Shown piece after piece: positions 22,701-36,504 of a DNA stretch of 64,000 nt (position 1 is the stretch's first letter; the number at the start of each line of letters is the position of its first letter). A program made the position numbers and the translations under genes. The notes under the pieces are model-generated. The model worked only from the letters and a program-made list of their open reading frames with translations. It was not told the DNA's origin and searched no databases. Where the stretch lies: positions 62,001 through 126,000 of the forward strand of contig JAUCBJ010001720.1 in the NCBI GenBank assembly GCA_032718475.1. Reading direction: 5' to 3'. Source of the DNA: Nemertoderma westbladi. Taxonomy: Eukaryota; Animalia; Xenacoelomorpha.

Positions 22701-25034
22701 CCATAGTAACGGCTAATTGATCACCATGTCGATATTTTACAGTCATTGTGACGTCATCAATACTCGTTAAATCCGTTAGGGAGTCTTTAACTGCTTCTAA
22801 ACCAGCGTCAACTAAACCATATAGTTGGCACTCCAAGCCTTGAATAGGTAAGGACATAAATTGTTTATTTGTCTCTCTTAAGGCCTCAATAGTCGAGTTT
22901 TCTGAGTTACCATAATCTACAAAATTAACTGTTAGTTGATCAGTGTCCGTAATGATCCCTCGGTACCAGGCGCCATCTTCCGAGAATTTTGACAAACAGG
23001 GTTGACCTCGGACTGCGTTTGTGAGCAATGCGGGAGGGTTACTCCCACTGCAAACAGCCTCAATGACTTCGTACACTTTATTCAAGTCATCCTGATTCTT
23101 TGATAATTGCAGGAAGAAACTCTCAAGCGAGTTTATATGAGTTATAATACACGATTCCTTATCAGTAAACGTATTAAAGTCTATTTGTTTATAAGCAAAT
23201 GGAACCGGTTCCTCTATATAGCGCTTGGCGTGGCTGGACTCTATCAATTTAGAAGCGACCATTTCTGAATCTTTCGCCAAAATCAAGTCGATATCAAAAA
23301 CGCCTTCTTCGGACTTCGACAGGAACACGGCATTCAGTTCATCGGAGAGAGTTAGTCGCTGGAACAATTTGTTACATTCAGCAGAATATTTGTCGTCTGT
23401 GTGAGTGACACCATGGAGTTTACATTCCACCCCAAAGAGCGGTTTCTTCATAAATTCATCCTTTGTAGCTCGGAGGTTGGCTATAGGCAACTCTTCGTCG
23501 TTGCCAAAATCTACAAATTTGACAAGAGCGGTTTTATTGGGATTGACTTTGAGGATGAGACCTCGATACCAAACCTTGTCGATCTGATACAGAGCCAGAC
23601 ACGGTTGGTCAGCGGCGCAGTTAATCACCGGCGTGGCGTTGCGCGCGAAAACGTGAATCTCGCCCATAAACCGCTCCAAGGCCGACCGATTGGACTTGAT
23701 GTTGAGAGTAAATCGATCTGGGGTGATAGCCCAGGCCATATCAACAGGATGTCTAGACTCCGTATGGATGGAAATATCGGGGGCTTTGTACGAGGTGATA
23801 GTAAGGGGAGGAGGGGCGGGCGGTCCTTTAGGAGGCGAGGGCGGTCCGCCGAATCCGAATCCAGTCGACGGAGCGGAATCCTTCGAGGAGGAAGAAGCGG
23901 GTTTACCTGTCGTTGGACCGGAAGATCCGCCCCAATCGTCGCCGCTGAACCCGGACGAGCGATTACCCTGGTAACTGGAATCCCGCGGAGGTCTCGAAGA
24001 TCCCCGAACCCACCGAATCCTTTTGAGTCACCGAATCCTTTTGAGTCACCGAAGCCAACTGATTTTTTCTCCCTGGTGTCCTCCGATTGTTGTCTACCGA
24101 ATCCACCGCCGCTGCCTTCTCTCCTGTCTCTCGAGAACGACTTCCCTCCACCTGCATCTCGTCTTGAATCGCGCCCTGAATCTCGTCCGAAAGACTGGCC
24201 AGTTTCTCCCCTGGGTGGCGTTGCAGAATCTCGCCCCATAGATGGCGCTCCGGAATCTCTTCCCCTCGGAGGTGTCCGGGATTCCTTCGGACCCGGAGGT
24301 TCCCCGTACCTCGGAGGTCGCTGCTCCCCAGTCGACGCACCGAACCCTCCGTCCCGACTCCTACCGCCGGAGGGCGCCCCTCCGCTAGGCCCCTCTTGGC
24401 GCCCGGAATCCCGCGGCGGTCCAGTGGGGGGCGTAACGACCGGCTCCCGGTGTCCGTTCTGCTCGTCCACGGGAACCAGGGCCTCTTTGGGTGTCGGCGT
24501 CAGCGGTTTCTGCATTTCTTTAAAGATGTGCAGGTCTCTAGGTTGGTTGGTATCTATAAGGTCTATCACGTACTTAGTTTCTCTGGTTGAAGGATCGACT
24601 TCCTGCGAGGAGACACAAGCGATGAGGGTTTTATCGCAAGTGAGTTCGTAGAATCGGTTGATATGATCGTCGGTCCATCCGCCATCCGGAATGGGAAGCT
24701 TCTCCAAGGAACATGGGAAGGCCAATGAGGGCAGTTTGAGGAACTCAACTTTAAGTTCCTTTAGGTGATGGAACTCTGCGATGCAAGAGTTCCCGTAGTC
24801 GACAAACTGGACGATGACGCCCTTGTCTGTTAGTTGGGCTACCCGAGCACGGTACCACTGGTCGTCCTCGGTAAACAAGGCCGCCACCGGTCGTCCCGGG
24901 ATCAACGAACTCGGGAAGACCCCGTGGCCAGCCGCCCCGTAGTACGCCGCTAGTTTGGCTTGGAGAACGTCCAGTCGTTCCATGTGGTCGCTATGGATAC
25001 AGTAGAAACAATCCGGGGTCTCTGTGTGGCACAC
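19786..25034 (-). CDS. Multi-Tudor protein, 5.25-kb exon (7 canonical Tudor domains, 1 degenerate, Gly/Arg-rich linker) with an apparent 1-bp frameshift at ~24002-24005
   Basis: CCCATAG acceptor and AAG|GTTTGT donor, both phase 0; repeated F..D..WYR and F(V/I)D(Y/F)GN motifs. ORFs 23625-25034 and 19741-23739 join if one G is added to TTCGGGGATCT. Confidence 0.92.
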
Positions 25035-25111
25035 CTATGGGAGTAAGTTTTTTGCAATAAACAATTAGCACAGACCATTCCACTATACTGTAATCAAGAA
25101 AGCAGATGTGA

Positions 25112-25255
25112 GATCAAACACGGGACCTCCATGTTGGAAGTTTGGACGCTGGAAGTTGGAAGTCTAGGTCTACCTTTTACCTGAGCCGCTAGCGGAATGG
25201 TTAGAGCGCCGGACTTCCAAGCTGGAGGTCGCAAGTTCGATCCCACCTGGATGTC
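25112..25255. mobile_element. Two tRNA-derived SINE-like heads in opposite orientation (intronic)
   Basis: + copy TAGCGGAATGGTTAGAGCGCCGGACTTCCAAGCTGGAGGTCGCAAGTTCGATCCC; a more decayed inverted copy at ~25112-25150. Confidence 0.5.
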
Positions 25256-25382
25256 AATAACGACTTTACAAAGCTGTTATTATAACATAATAACATGAAT
25301 AACATATAATAACATGAATCCACTCACTCACTCATAATAATAATAATAATAATAATAAGGGGTTTAAATTTAATAAACTAAC

Positions 25383-25586
25383 CATAACATCTAAGAATTT
25401 TCCTAATGCAACTTCAACTAGGTTATAACTGTCTAACGGTGAAGGAACCTGTTGACGCACCGGCGGTGCGGTTGGCTGTGGTGAAGGGACGGGGGATGCG
25501 CGGTTACCGCTGATCTGTACACGCAACGGTGCCGACGCAAAGTCCGTGTTAATTACTGCACCGGTGGTTGTATCTTTTAGGGTCAC
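25383..25586 (-). CDS. Multi-Tudor protein, internal exon
   Basis: TCTCCATCAG acceptor, 204 bp open, donor ATG|GTTAGT, phases 0/0. Confidence 0.88.
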
Positions 25587-25715
25587 CTGATGGAGAATAA
25601 CATATTATGCTAAAGAACTATTAATCGACGAGAGGTGAATGAATACATAAATGCTTGATGTAATTAAATATTAATTGTACTAAAGCATAATCAAATAAAA
25701 GCTATATAAATTAAA

Positions 25716-28700
25716 TCAATGGCGCCGACCCACATACAAAACTCAACTAATTAATTAACTCAATGGTGGGAGGCCGACCCACATACAAAACTCAACTAAT
25801 TAATTAACTCAATGGTGGGAGGCCGACCCACATACAAAACTCAACTAATTAATTAACTCAATGGTGGGAGGCCGACCCACATACAAAACTCAACTAATTA
25901 ATTAACTCAATGGTGGGAGGCCGACCCACATACAAAACTCAACTAATTAATTAACTCAATGGAGGGAGGCCGACCCACATACAAAACTCAACTAATTAAT
26001 TAACTCAATGGTGGGAGGCCGACCCACATACAAAACTCAACTAATTAATTAACTCAATGGTGGGAGGCCGACCCACATACAAAACTCAACTAATTAATTA
26101 ACTCAATGGTGGGAGGCCGACCCACATACAAAACTCAACTAATTAATTAACTCAATGGTGGGAGGCCAACCCACATACAAAACTCAACTAATTAATTAAC
26201 TCAATGGTGGGAGGCCAACCCACATACAAAACTCAACTAATTAATTAACTCAATGGTGGGAGGCCGACCCACATACAAAACTCAACTAATTAATTAACTC
26301 AATGGTGGGAGGCCAACCCACATACAAAACTCAACTAATTAATTAACTCAATGGTGGGAGGCCAACCCACATACAAAACTCAACTAATTAATTAACTCAA
26401 TGGTGGGAGGCCAACCCACATACAAAACTCAACTAATTAATTAACTCAATGGTGGGAGGCCAACCCACATACAAAACTCAACTAATTAATTAACTCAATG
26501 GTGGGAGGCCGACCCACATACAAAACTCAACTAATTAATTAACTCAATGGTGGGAAGCCGACCCACATACAAAACTCAACTAATTAATTAACTCAATGGT
26601 GGGAGGCCGACCCACATACAAAACTCAATTAATTAATTAACTCAATGGTGGGAGGCCGACCCACATACAAAACTCAACTAATTAATTAACTCAATGGTGG
26701 GAGGCCAACCCACATACAAAACTCAACTAATTAATTAACTCAATGGTGGGAGGCCGACCCACATACAAAACTCAACTAATTAATTAACTCAATGGTGGGA
26801 GGCCAACCCACATACAAAACTCAACTAATTAATTAACTCAATGGTGGGAGGCCGACCCACATACAAAACTCAACTAATTAATTAACTCAATGGTGGGAGG
26901 CCGACCCACATACAAAACTCAACTAATTAATTAACTCAATGGTGGGAGGCCGACCCACATACAAAACTCAACTAATTAATTAACTCAATGGTGGGAGGCC
27001 GACCCACATACAAAACTCAACTATAATTAATTAACTCAATGGTGGGAGGCCAACCCACATACAAAACTCAACTAATTAATTAACTCAATGGTGGGAGGCC
27101 GACCCACATACAAAACTCAACTAATTAATTAACTCAATGGTGGGAGGCCAACCCACATACAAAACTCAACTAATTAATTAACTCAATGGTGGGAGGCCGA
27201 CCCACATACAAAACTCAACTAATTAATTAACTCAATGGTGGGAGGCCAACCCACATACAAAACTCAACTAATTAATTAACTCAATGGTGGGAGGCCAACC
27301 CACATATAAAACTTAACTAATTAATTAACTCAATGGTGGGAGGCCGACCCACATACAAAACTCAACTAATTAATTAACTCAATGGTGGGAGGCCGACCCA
27401 CATACAAAACTCAACTAATTAATTAACTCAATGGTGGGAGGCCGACCCACATACAAAACTCAACTAATTAATTAACTCAATGGTGGGAGGCCGACCCACA
27501 TACAAAACTCAACTAATTAATTAACTCAATGGTGGGAGGCCAACCCACATACAAAACTCAACTAATTAATTAACTCAATGGTGGGAGGCCGACCCACATA
27601 CAAAACTCAACTAATTAATTAACTCAATGGTGGGAGGCCGACCCACATACAAAACTCAACTAATTAATTAACTCAATGGTGGGAGGCCAACCCACATACA
27701 AAACTCAACTAATTAATTAACTCAATGGTGGGAGGCCAACCCACATACAAAACTCAACTAATTAATTAACTCAATGGTGGGAGGCCGACCCACATACAAA
27801 ACTCAACTAATTAATTAACTCAATGGTGGGAGGCCAACCCACATACAAAACTCAACTAATTAATTAACTCAATGGTGGGAGGCCGACCCACATACAAAAC
27901 TCAACTAATTAATTAACTCAATGGTGGGAGGCCGACCCACATACAAAACTCAACTAATTAATTAACTCAATGGTGGGAGGCCGACCCACATACAAAACTC
28001 AACTAATTAATTAACTCAATGGTGGGAGGCCGACCCACATACAAAACTCAACTAATTAATTAACTCAATGGTGGGAGGCCGACCCACATACAAAACTCAA
28101 CTAATTAATTAACTCAATGGTGGGAGGCCGACCCACATACAAAACTCAACTAATTAATTAACTCAATGGTGGTAGGCCGACCCACATACAAAACTCAACT
28201 AATTAATTAACTCAATGGTGGGAGGCCGACCCACATACAAAACTCAACTAATTAATTAACTCAATGGTGGGAGGCCGACCCACATACAAAACTCAACTAA
28301 TTAATTAACTCAATGGTGGGAGGCCGACCCACATACAAAACTCAACTAATTAATTAACTCAATGGTGGGAGGCCGACCCACATACAAAACTCAACTAATT
28401 AATTAACTCAATGGTGGGAAATTAACTCAATGGTGGGAGGCCGACCCACATACAAAACTCAACTAATTAATTAACTCAATGGTGGGAGGCCGACCCACAT
28501 ACAAAACTCAACTAATTAATTAACTCAATGGTGGGAGGCCGACCCACATACAAAACTCAACTAATTAATTAACTCAATGGTGGGAGGCCGACCCACATAC
28601 AAAACTCAACTAATTAATTAACTCAATGGTGGGAGGCCGACCCACATACAAAACTCAAATAATTAATTAACTCAATGGTGGGAGGCCGACCCACATACAA

Positions 28701-31700
28701 AACTCAACTAATTAATTAACTCAATGGTGGGAGGCCGACCCACATACAAAACTCAACTAATTAATTAACTCAATGGCGGGAGGCCGACCCACATACAAAA
28801 CTCAACTAAATAATTAACTCAATGGTGGGAGGCCGACCCACATACAAAACTCAACTAATTAATTAACTCAATGGTGGGAGGCCGACCCACATGCACATAC
28901 AAAACTCAACTAATTAATTAACTCAATGGTGGGAGGCCGACCCACATACAAAACTCAACTAATTAATTAACTCAATGGTGGGAGGCCGACCCACATACAA
29001 AACTCAACTAATTAATTAACTCAATGGTGGGAGGCCGACCCACATACAAAACTCAACTAATTAATTAACTCAATGGTGGGAGGCCGACCCACATACAAAA
29101 CTCAACTAATTAATTAACTCAATGGTGGGAGGCCAACCCACATACAAAACTCAACTAATTAATTAACTCAATGGTGGGAGGCCGACCCACATACAAAACT
29201 CAACTAATTAATTAACTCAATGGTGGGAGGCCGACCCACATACAAAACTCAACTAATTAATTAACTCAATGGTGGGAGGCCGACCCACATACAAAACTCA
29301 ACTAATTAATTAACTCAATGGTGGGAGGCCGACCCACATACAAAACTCAACTAATTAATTAACTCAATGGTGGGAGGCCGACGCACATACAAAACTCAAC
29401 TAATTAATTAACTCAATGGTGGGAGGCCGACCCACATACAAAACTCAACTAATTAATTAACTCAATGGTGGGAGGCCGACCCACATACAAAACTCAACTA
29501 ATTAATTAACTCACTGGTGGGAGGCCGACCCACATACAAAACTCAACTAATTAATTAACTCAATGGTGGGAGGCCGACCCACATACAAAACTCAACTAAT
29601 TAATTAACTCAATGGTGGGAGGCCGACCCACATACAAAACTCAACTAATTAATTAACTCAATGGTGGGAGGCCGACCCACATACAAAACTCAACTAATTA
29701 ATTAACTCAATGGTGGGAGGCCGACCCACATACAAAACTCAACTAATTAATTAACTCAATGGTGGGAGGCCGACCCACATACAAAACTCAACTAATTAAT
29801 TAACTCAATGGTGGGAGGCCAACCCACATACAAAACTCAACTAATTAATTAACTCAATGGCGGGAGGCCGACCCACATACAAAACTCAACTAATTAATTA
29901 ACTCAATGGTGGGAGGCCGACCCACATACAAAACTCAACTAATTAATTAACTCAATGGTGGGAGGCCGACCCACATACAAAACTCAACTAATTAATTAAC
30001 TCAATGGTGGAGGCCGACCCACATACAAAACTCAACTAATTAATTAACTCAATGGTGGGAGGCCGACCCACATACAAAACTCAACTAATTAATTAACTCA
30101 ATGGTGGGAGGCCGACCCACATACAAAACTCAACTAATTAATTAACTCAATGGTGGGAGGCCGACCCACATACAAAACTCAACTAATTAATTAACTCAAT
30201 GGTGGGAGGCCAACCCACATACAAAACTCAACTAATTAATTAACTCAATGGCGGGAGGCCGACCCACATACAAAACTCAACTAATTAATGAACTCAATGG
30301 TGGGAGGCCGACCCACATACAAAACTCAACTAATTAATTAACTCAATGGCGGGAGGCCGACCCACATACAAAACTCAACTAATTAATTAACTCAATGGTG
30401 GGAGGCCGACCCACATACAAAACTCAACTAAGTAATTAACTCAATGGTGGGAGGCCGACCCACATACAAAACTCAACTAATTAATTAACTCAATGGTGGA
30501 GGCCGACCCACATACAAAACTCAACTAATTAATTAACTCAATGGTGGGAGGCCGACCCACATACAAAACTCAACTAATTAATTAACTCAATGGTGGGAGG
30601 CCGACCCACATACAAAACTCAACTAATTAATTAACTCAATGGTGGGAGGCCGACCCACATACAAAACTCAACTAATTAATTAACTCAATGGTGGGAGGCC
30701 AACCCACATACAAAACTCAACTAATTAATTAACTCAATGGCGGGAGGCCGACCCACATACAAAACTCAACTAATTAATGAACTCAATGGTGGGAGGCCGA
30801 CCCACATACAAAACTCAACTAATTAATTAACTCAATGGTGGGAGGCCGACCCACATACAAAACTCAACTAATTAATTAACTCAATGGTGGGAGGCCGACC
30901 CACATACAAAACTCAACTAATTAATTAACTCAATGGTGGGAGGCCGACCCACATACAAAACTCAACTAATTAATTAACTCAATGGTGGGAGGCCGACCCA
31001 CATACAAAACTCAACTAATTAATTAACTCAATGGTGGGAGGCCGACCCACATACAAAACTCAACTAATTAATTAACTCAATGGTGGGAGGCCGACCCACA
31101 TACAAAACTCAACTAATTAATTAACTCAATGGTGGGAGGCCAACCCACATACAAAACTCAACTAATTAATTAACTCAATGGCGGGAGGCCGACCCACATA
31201 CAAAACTCAACTAATTAATTAACTCAATGGTGGGAGGCCGACCCACATACAAAACTCAACTAATTAATTAACTCAATGGTGGGAGGCCGACCCACATACA
31301 AAACTCAACTAATTAATTAACTCAATGGTGGGAGGCCGACCCACATACAAAACTCAACTAATTAATTAACTCAATGGTGGGAGGCCGACCCACATACAAA
31401 ACTCAACTAATTAATTAACTCAATGGTGGGAGGCCAACCCACATACAAAACTCAACTAATTAATTAACTCAATGGTGGGAGGCCGACCCACATACAAAAC
31501 TCAACTAATTAATTAACTCAATGGTGGGAAATTAACTCAATGGTGGGAGGCCGACCCACATACAAAACTCAACTAATTAATTAACTCAATGGTGGGAGGC
31601 CGACCCACATACAAAACTCAACTAATTAATTAACTCAATGGTGGGAGGCCGACCCACATACAAAACTCAACTAATTAATTAACTCAATGGTGGGAGGCCG

Positions 31701-34532
31701 ACCCACATACAAAACTCAACTAATTAATTAACTCAATGGTGGGAGGCCGACCCACATACAAAACTCAAATAATTAATTAACTCAATGGTGGGAGGCCGAC
31801 CCACATACAAAACTCAACTAATTAATTAACTCAATGGTGGGAGGCCGACCCACATACAAAACTCAACTAATTAATTAACTCAATGGCGGGAGGCCGACCC
31901 ACATACAAAACTCAACTAAATAATTAACTCAATGGTGGGAGGCCGACCCACATACAAAACTCAACTAATAAATTAACTCAATGGCGGGAGGCCGACCCAC
32001 ATGCACATACAAAACTCAACTAATTAATTAACTCAATGGTGGGAGGCCGACCCACATACAAAACTCAACTAATTAATTAACTCAATGGTGGGAGGCCGAC
32101 CCACATACAAAACTCAACTAATTAATTAACTCAATGGTGGGAGGCCGACCCACATACAAAACTCAACTAATTAATTAACTCAATGGTGGGAGGCCGACCC
32201 ACATACAAAACTCAACTAATTAATTAACTCAATGGTGGGAGGCCAACCCACATACAAAACTCAACTAATTAATTAACTCAATGGTGGGAGGCCGACCCAC
32301 ATACAAAACTCAACTAATTAATTAACTCAATGGTGGGAGGCCGACCCACATACAAAACTCAACTAATTAATTAACTCAATGGTGGGAGGCCGACCCACAT
32401 ACAAAACTCAACTAATTAATTAACTCAATGGTGGGAGGCCGACCCACATACAAAACTCAACTAATTAATTAACTCAATGGTGGGAGGCCGACGCACATAC
32501 AAAACTCAACTAATTAATTAACTCAATGGTGGGAGGCCGACCCACATACAAAACTCAACTAATTAATTAACTCAATGGTGGGAGGCCGACCCACATACAA
32601 AACTCAACTAATTAATTAACTCACTGGTGGGAGGCCGACCCACATACAAAACTCAACTAATTAATTAACTCAATGGTGGGAGGCCGACCCACATACAAAA
32701 CTCAACTAATTAATTAACTCAATGGTGGGAGGCCGACCCACATACAAAACTCAACTAATTAATTAACTCAATGGTGGGAGGCCGACCCACATACAAAACT
32801 CAACTAATTAATTAACTCAATGGTGGGAGGCCGACCCACATACAAAACTCAACTAATTAATTAACTCAATGGTGGGAGGCCGACCCACATACAAAACTCA
32901 ACTAATTAATTAACTCAATGGTGGGAGGCCAACCCACATACAAAACTCAACTAATTAATTAACTCAATGGCGGGAGGCCGACCCACATACAAAACTCAAC
33001 TAATTAATTAACTCAATGGTGGGAGGCCGACCCACATACAAAACTCAACTAATTAATTAACTCAATGGTGGGAGGCCGACCCACATACAAAACTCAACTA
33101 ATTAATTAACTCAATGGTGGGAGGCCAACCCACATACAAAACTCAACTAATTAATTAACTCAATGGCGGGAGGCCGACCCACATACAAAACTCAACTAAT
33201 TAATGAACTCAATGGTGGGAGGCCGACCCACATACAAAACTCAAATAATTAATGAACTCAATGGTGGGAGGCCGACCCACATACAAAACTCAACTAATTA
33301 ATTAACTCAATGGTGGGAGGCCGACCCACATACAAAACTCAACTAATTAATTAACTCAATGGTGGGAGGCCGACCCACATACAAAACTCAACTAATTAAT
33401 TAACTCAATGGTGGGAGGCCGACCCACATACAAAACTCAACTAATTAATTAACTCAATGGTGGGAGGCCGACCCACATACAAAACTCAACTAATTAATTA
33501 ACTCAATGGTGGGAGGCCGACCCACATACAAAACTCAACTAATTAATTAACTCAATGGTGGGAGGCCAACCCACATACAAAACTCAACTAATTAATTAAC
33601 TCAATGGCGGGAGGCCGACCCACATACAAAACTCAACTAATTAATTAACTCAATGGTGGGAGGCCGACCCACATACAAAACTCAACTAATTAATTAACTC
33701 AATGGTGGGAGGCCGACCCACATACAAAACTCAACTAATTAATTAACTCAATGGTGGGAGGCCGACCCACATACAAAACTCAACTAATTAATTAACTCAA
33801 TGGTGGGAGGCCGACCCACATACAAAACTCAACTAATTAATTAACTCAATGGTGGGAGGCCAACCCACATACAAAACTCAACTAATTAATTAACTCAATG
33901 GCGGGAGGCCGACCCACATACAAAACTCAACTAATTAATTAACTCAATGGTGGGAGGCCGACCCACATACAAAACTCAACTAATTAATTAACTCAATGGT
34001 GGGAGGCCGACCCACATACAAAACTCAACTAATTAATTAACTCAATGGTGGGAGGCCGACCCACATACAAAACTCAACTAATTAATTAACTCAATGGTGG
34101 GAGGCCGACCCACATACAAAACTCAACTAATTAATTAACTCAATGGTGGGAGGCCGACCCACATACAAAACTCAACTAATTAATTAACTCAATGGTGGGA
34201 GGCCGACCCACATACAAAACTCAACTAATTAATTAACTCAATGGTGGGAGGCCGACCCACATACAAAACTCAACTAATTAATTAACTCAATGGTGGGAGG
34301 CCGACCCACATACAAAACTCAACTAATTAATTAACTCAATGGCGGGAGGCCGACCCACATACAAAACTCAACTAATTAATTAACTCAATGGTGGGAGGCC
34401 GACCCACATACAAAACTCAACTAATTAATTAACTCAATGGCGGGAGGCCAACCCACATACAAAACTCAACTAATTAATTAACTCAATGGTGGGAGGCCGA
34501 CCCACATACAAAACTCAACAACTAATTAATTA
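25716..34532. repeat. 49-bp satellite, ~180 copies (8.8 kb), inside a Tudor-gene intron
   Basis: Unit AACTCAATGGTGGGAGGCCGACCCACATACAAAACTCAACTAATTAATT; near-identical copies. Confidence 0.98.
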
Positions 34533-35631
34533 TTCCCTAAAAGACCCCAACTATTCTGATGACTTACTACTGCAAGAGGCATTGGTAAATAGCGGATATC
34601 CATAATATGGAGTTTAGGTGCTAATTTATAGCTAAAGCGTGTTGGTGCTGAATTAATTGCAATACAACTGGAATTAATTGCAGATTGATTGGCATTGCAT
34701 GCTGCAGCTGCATAAAAACACTACAATGCGACAGGTGCCTAGAAAAAATTTGACAGGCCCGTGGGAAACAAAAACCTGCAAAACACCCGTTTCATATCAG
34801 TTCCGCTACACCAATAAAATATTAATTTTGCATACCAATATTGTAGACAATGGTAAAAATAAAGCTGATTTAAAAAACCGGGTGGAATTGTGCTCGTTTC
34901 CTTGGTAACTGATTGTATTTTCGTTAAATTATTGCATCAGAGATATGAAATAGGTATACCACGGCACGGCGTTAGTTCAAACAATACGCAATGACAAAAC
35001 AAAGGCGCATCTGCCCCCGCCAAAATATTGTTAAAAAGATAGAAGAATAACTGAGTGACGATTTCTTAAACAAAATTTACAGAAAAAGTAACAAATAGAT
35101 TGGAGCAATTTAAAAGTGCTGCCAATCATTTAATATCAATTATTTCAGTTATTCTCGTGATAAAATAATGCATTGTAAAGAATTACAAAATAATAGCATT
35201 CTTGAAACAAAATATTAGGCAACTCAGATCTTGGTGATTAAAGAAAACATCATGAAAATCAGAAATAAGTGCAGATAATCATCACTGTTGCAAATTAAAG
35301 ACACAACCGCGCTTCAATAGAAAACTAATGATAAATAATTATACATTAGTTTTCGTATTTCTGTCACAAAGTGTCACGTTAGCTAGCCTGCTATAATAAT
35401 AGGCCAAGGATAGGTCTACTAATGTACGTCTAGCGTTGTCTGTAATCTACAATGACGTTGTAGAATCAGTACAGACGAGAGGCTGACAGGCTGGGCGCCA
35501 AACTGAAAGTTTTAGATTGGGTAATCTACTTGACATGTTTGACTAGACAATCGAACTCCCTTATGTCACAAACTGTCACGTTAAGTTGCCCCCTCCCCAC
35601 TACCTTGCGTCACGTCATTTAAGACGGTCGA

Positions 35632-36296
35632 TGGCTATGTGCTGTATAACCAGTGGTTATTAACCACTAGCTATGTTGTATAACCACTCCCAGTTAATAC
35701 TAACAGCTGGCTATGTGTTGTATAACCACTCCCAGTTAATACTAACAGCTGGCTATGTGTTGTATAACCACTCCCAGTTAATACTAACAGCTGGCTATGT
35801 GTTGTATAACCACTCCCAGTTAATACTAACAGCTGGCTATGTGTTGTATAACCACTCCCAGTTAATACTAACAGCTGGCTATGTGTTGTATAACCACTCC
35901 CAGTTAATACTAACAGCTGGCTATGTGCTGTATAACCACTCCCAGTTAATACTAACAGCTGGCTATGTGCTGTATAACCACTCACAGTTAATACTAACGG
36001 CTGGCTATGTGTTGTATAACCACTCCCAGTTAATACTAACAGCTGGCTATGTGTTGTATAACCACTCCCAGTTAATACTAACAGCTGGCTATGTGCTGTA
36101 TAACCACTCCCAGTTAATACTAACAGCTGGCTATGTGCTGTATAACCACTCCCAGTTAATACTAACAGCTGGCTATGTGCTGTATAACCACTCACAGTTA
36201 ATACTAACGGCTGGCTATGTGCTGTATAACCACTCCCAGTTAATACTAACAGCTGGCTATGTGCTGTATAACCACTCCCAGTTAATACTAACAGCG
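35632..36296. repeat. 42-bp minisatellite, ~15 copies, in the same Tudor intron
   Basis: Unit CTGGCTATGTG(T/C)TGTATAACCACTCCCAGTTAATACTAACAG. Confidence 0.96.
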
Positions 36297-36381
36297 TTAG
36301 GTAATGTTATATAATTCTGGAATAAAATACATAAACAAAAAACATATTTTACAAATAATACAAAAATAGCGTTTTACTAAC

Positions 36382-36504
36382 GGAATATTTCCCTGTGTTG
36401 GATTTCCCCTCGACTGTCATTACCAAAATGGCGCTGTGAGTTAATTGATGAAAGAGACGATGAGATTCGTTGGAAGAGCAACCGTGGAGGCAGCAAGGGA
36501 AGGC
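36382..36504 (-). CDS. Multi-Tudor protein, internal exon (not in the ORF track)
   Basis: CTTTCCCCAG acceptor; AFPCCLHGCSSNESHRLFHQLTHSAILVMTVEGKSNTGKYS (post-Tudor SN-fold segment); donor TCC|GTTAGT; phases 0/0. Confidence 0.88.

Noticed and set aside
23401-24651. 416-aa + strand ORF
   Set aside because: Antisense shadow of the GC-rich Tudor linker; no recognisable domain.
25716-34532. CRISPR-like array (hairpin-containing repeat)
   Set aside because: No unique spacers, no cas genes, and it sits in a eukaryotic intron; it is a tandem satellite.
35671-36314. ORFs across the 42-bp repeat
   Set aside because: Repeat artefact inside a Tudor intron.
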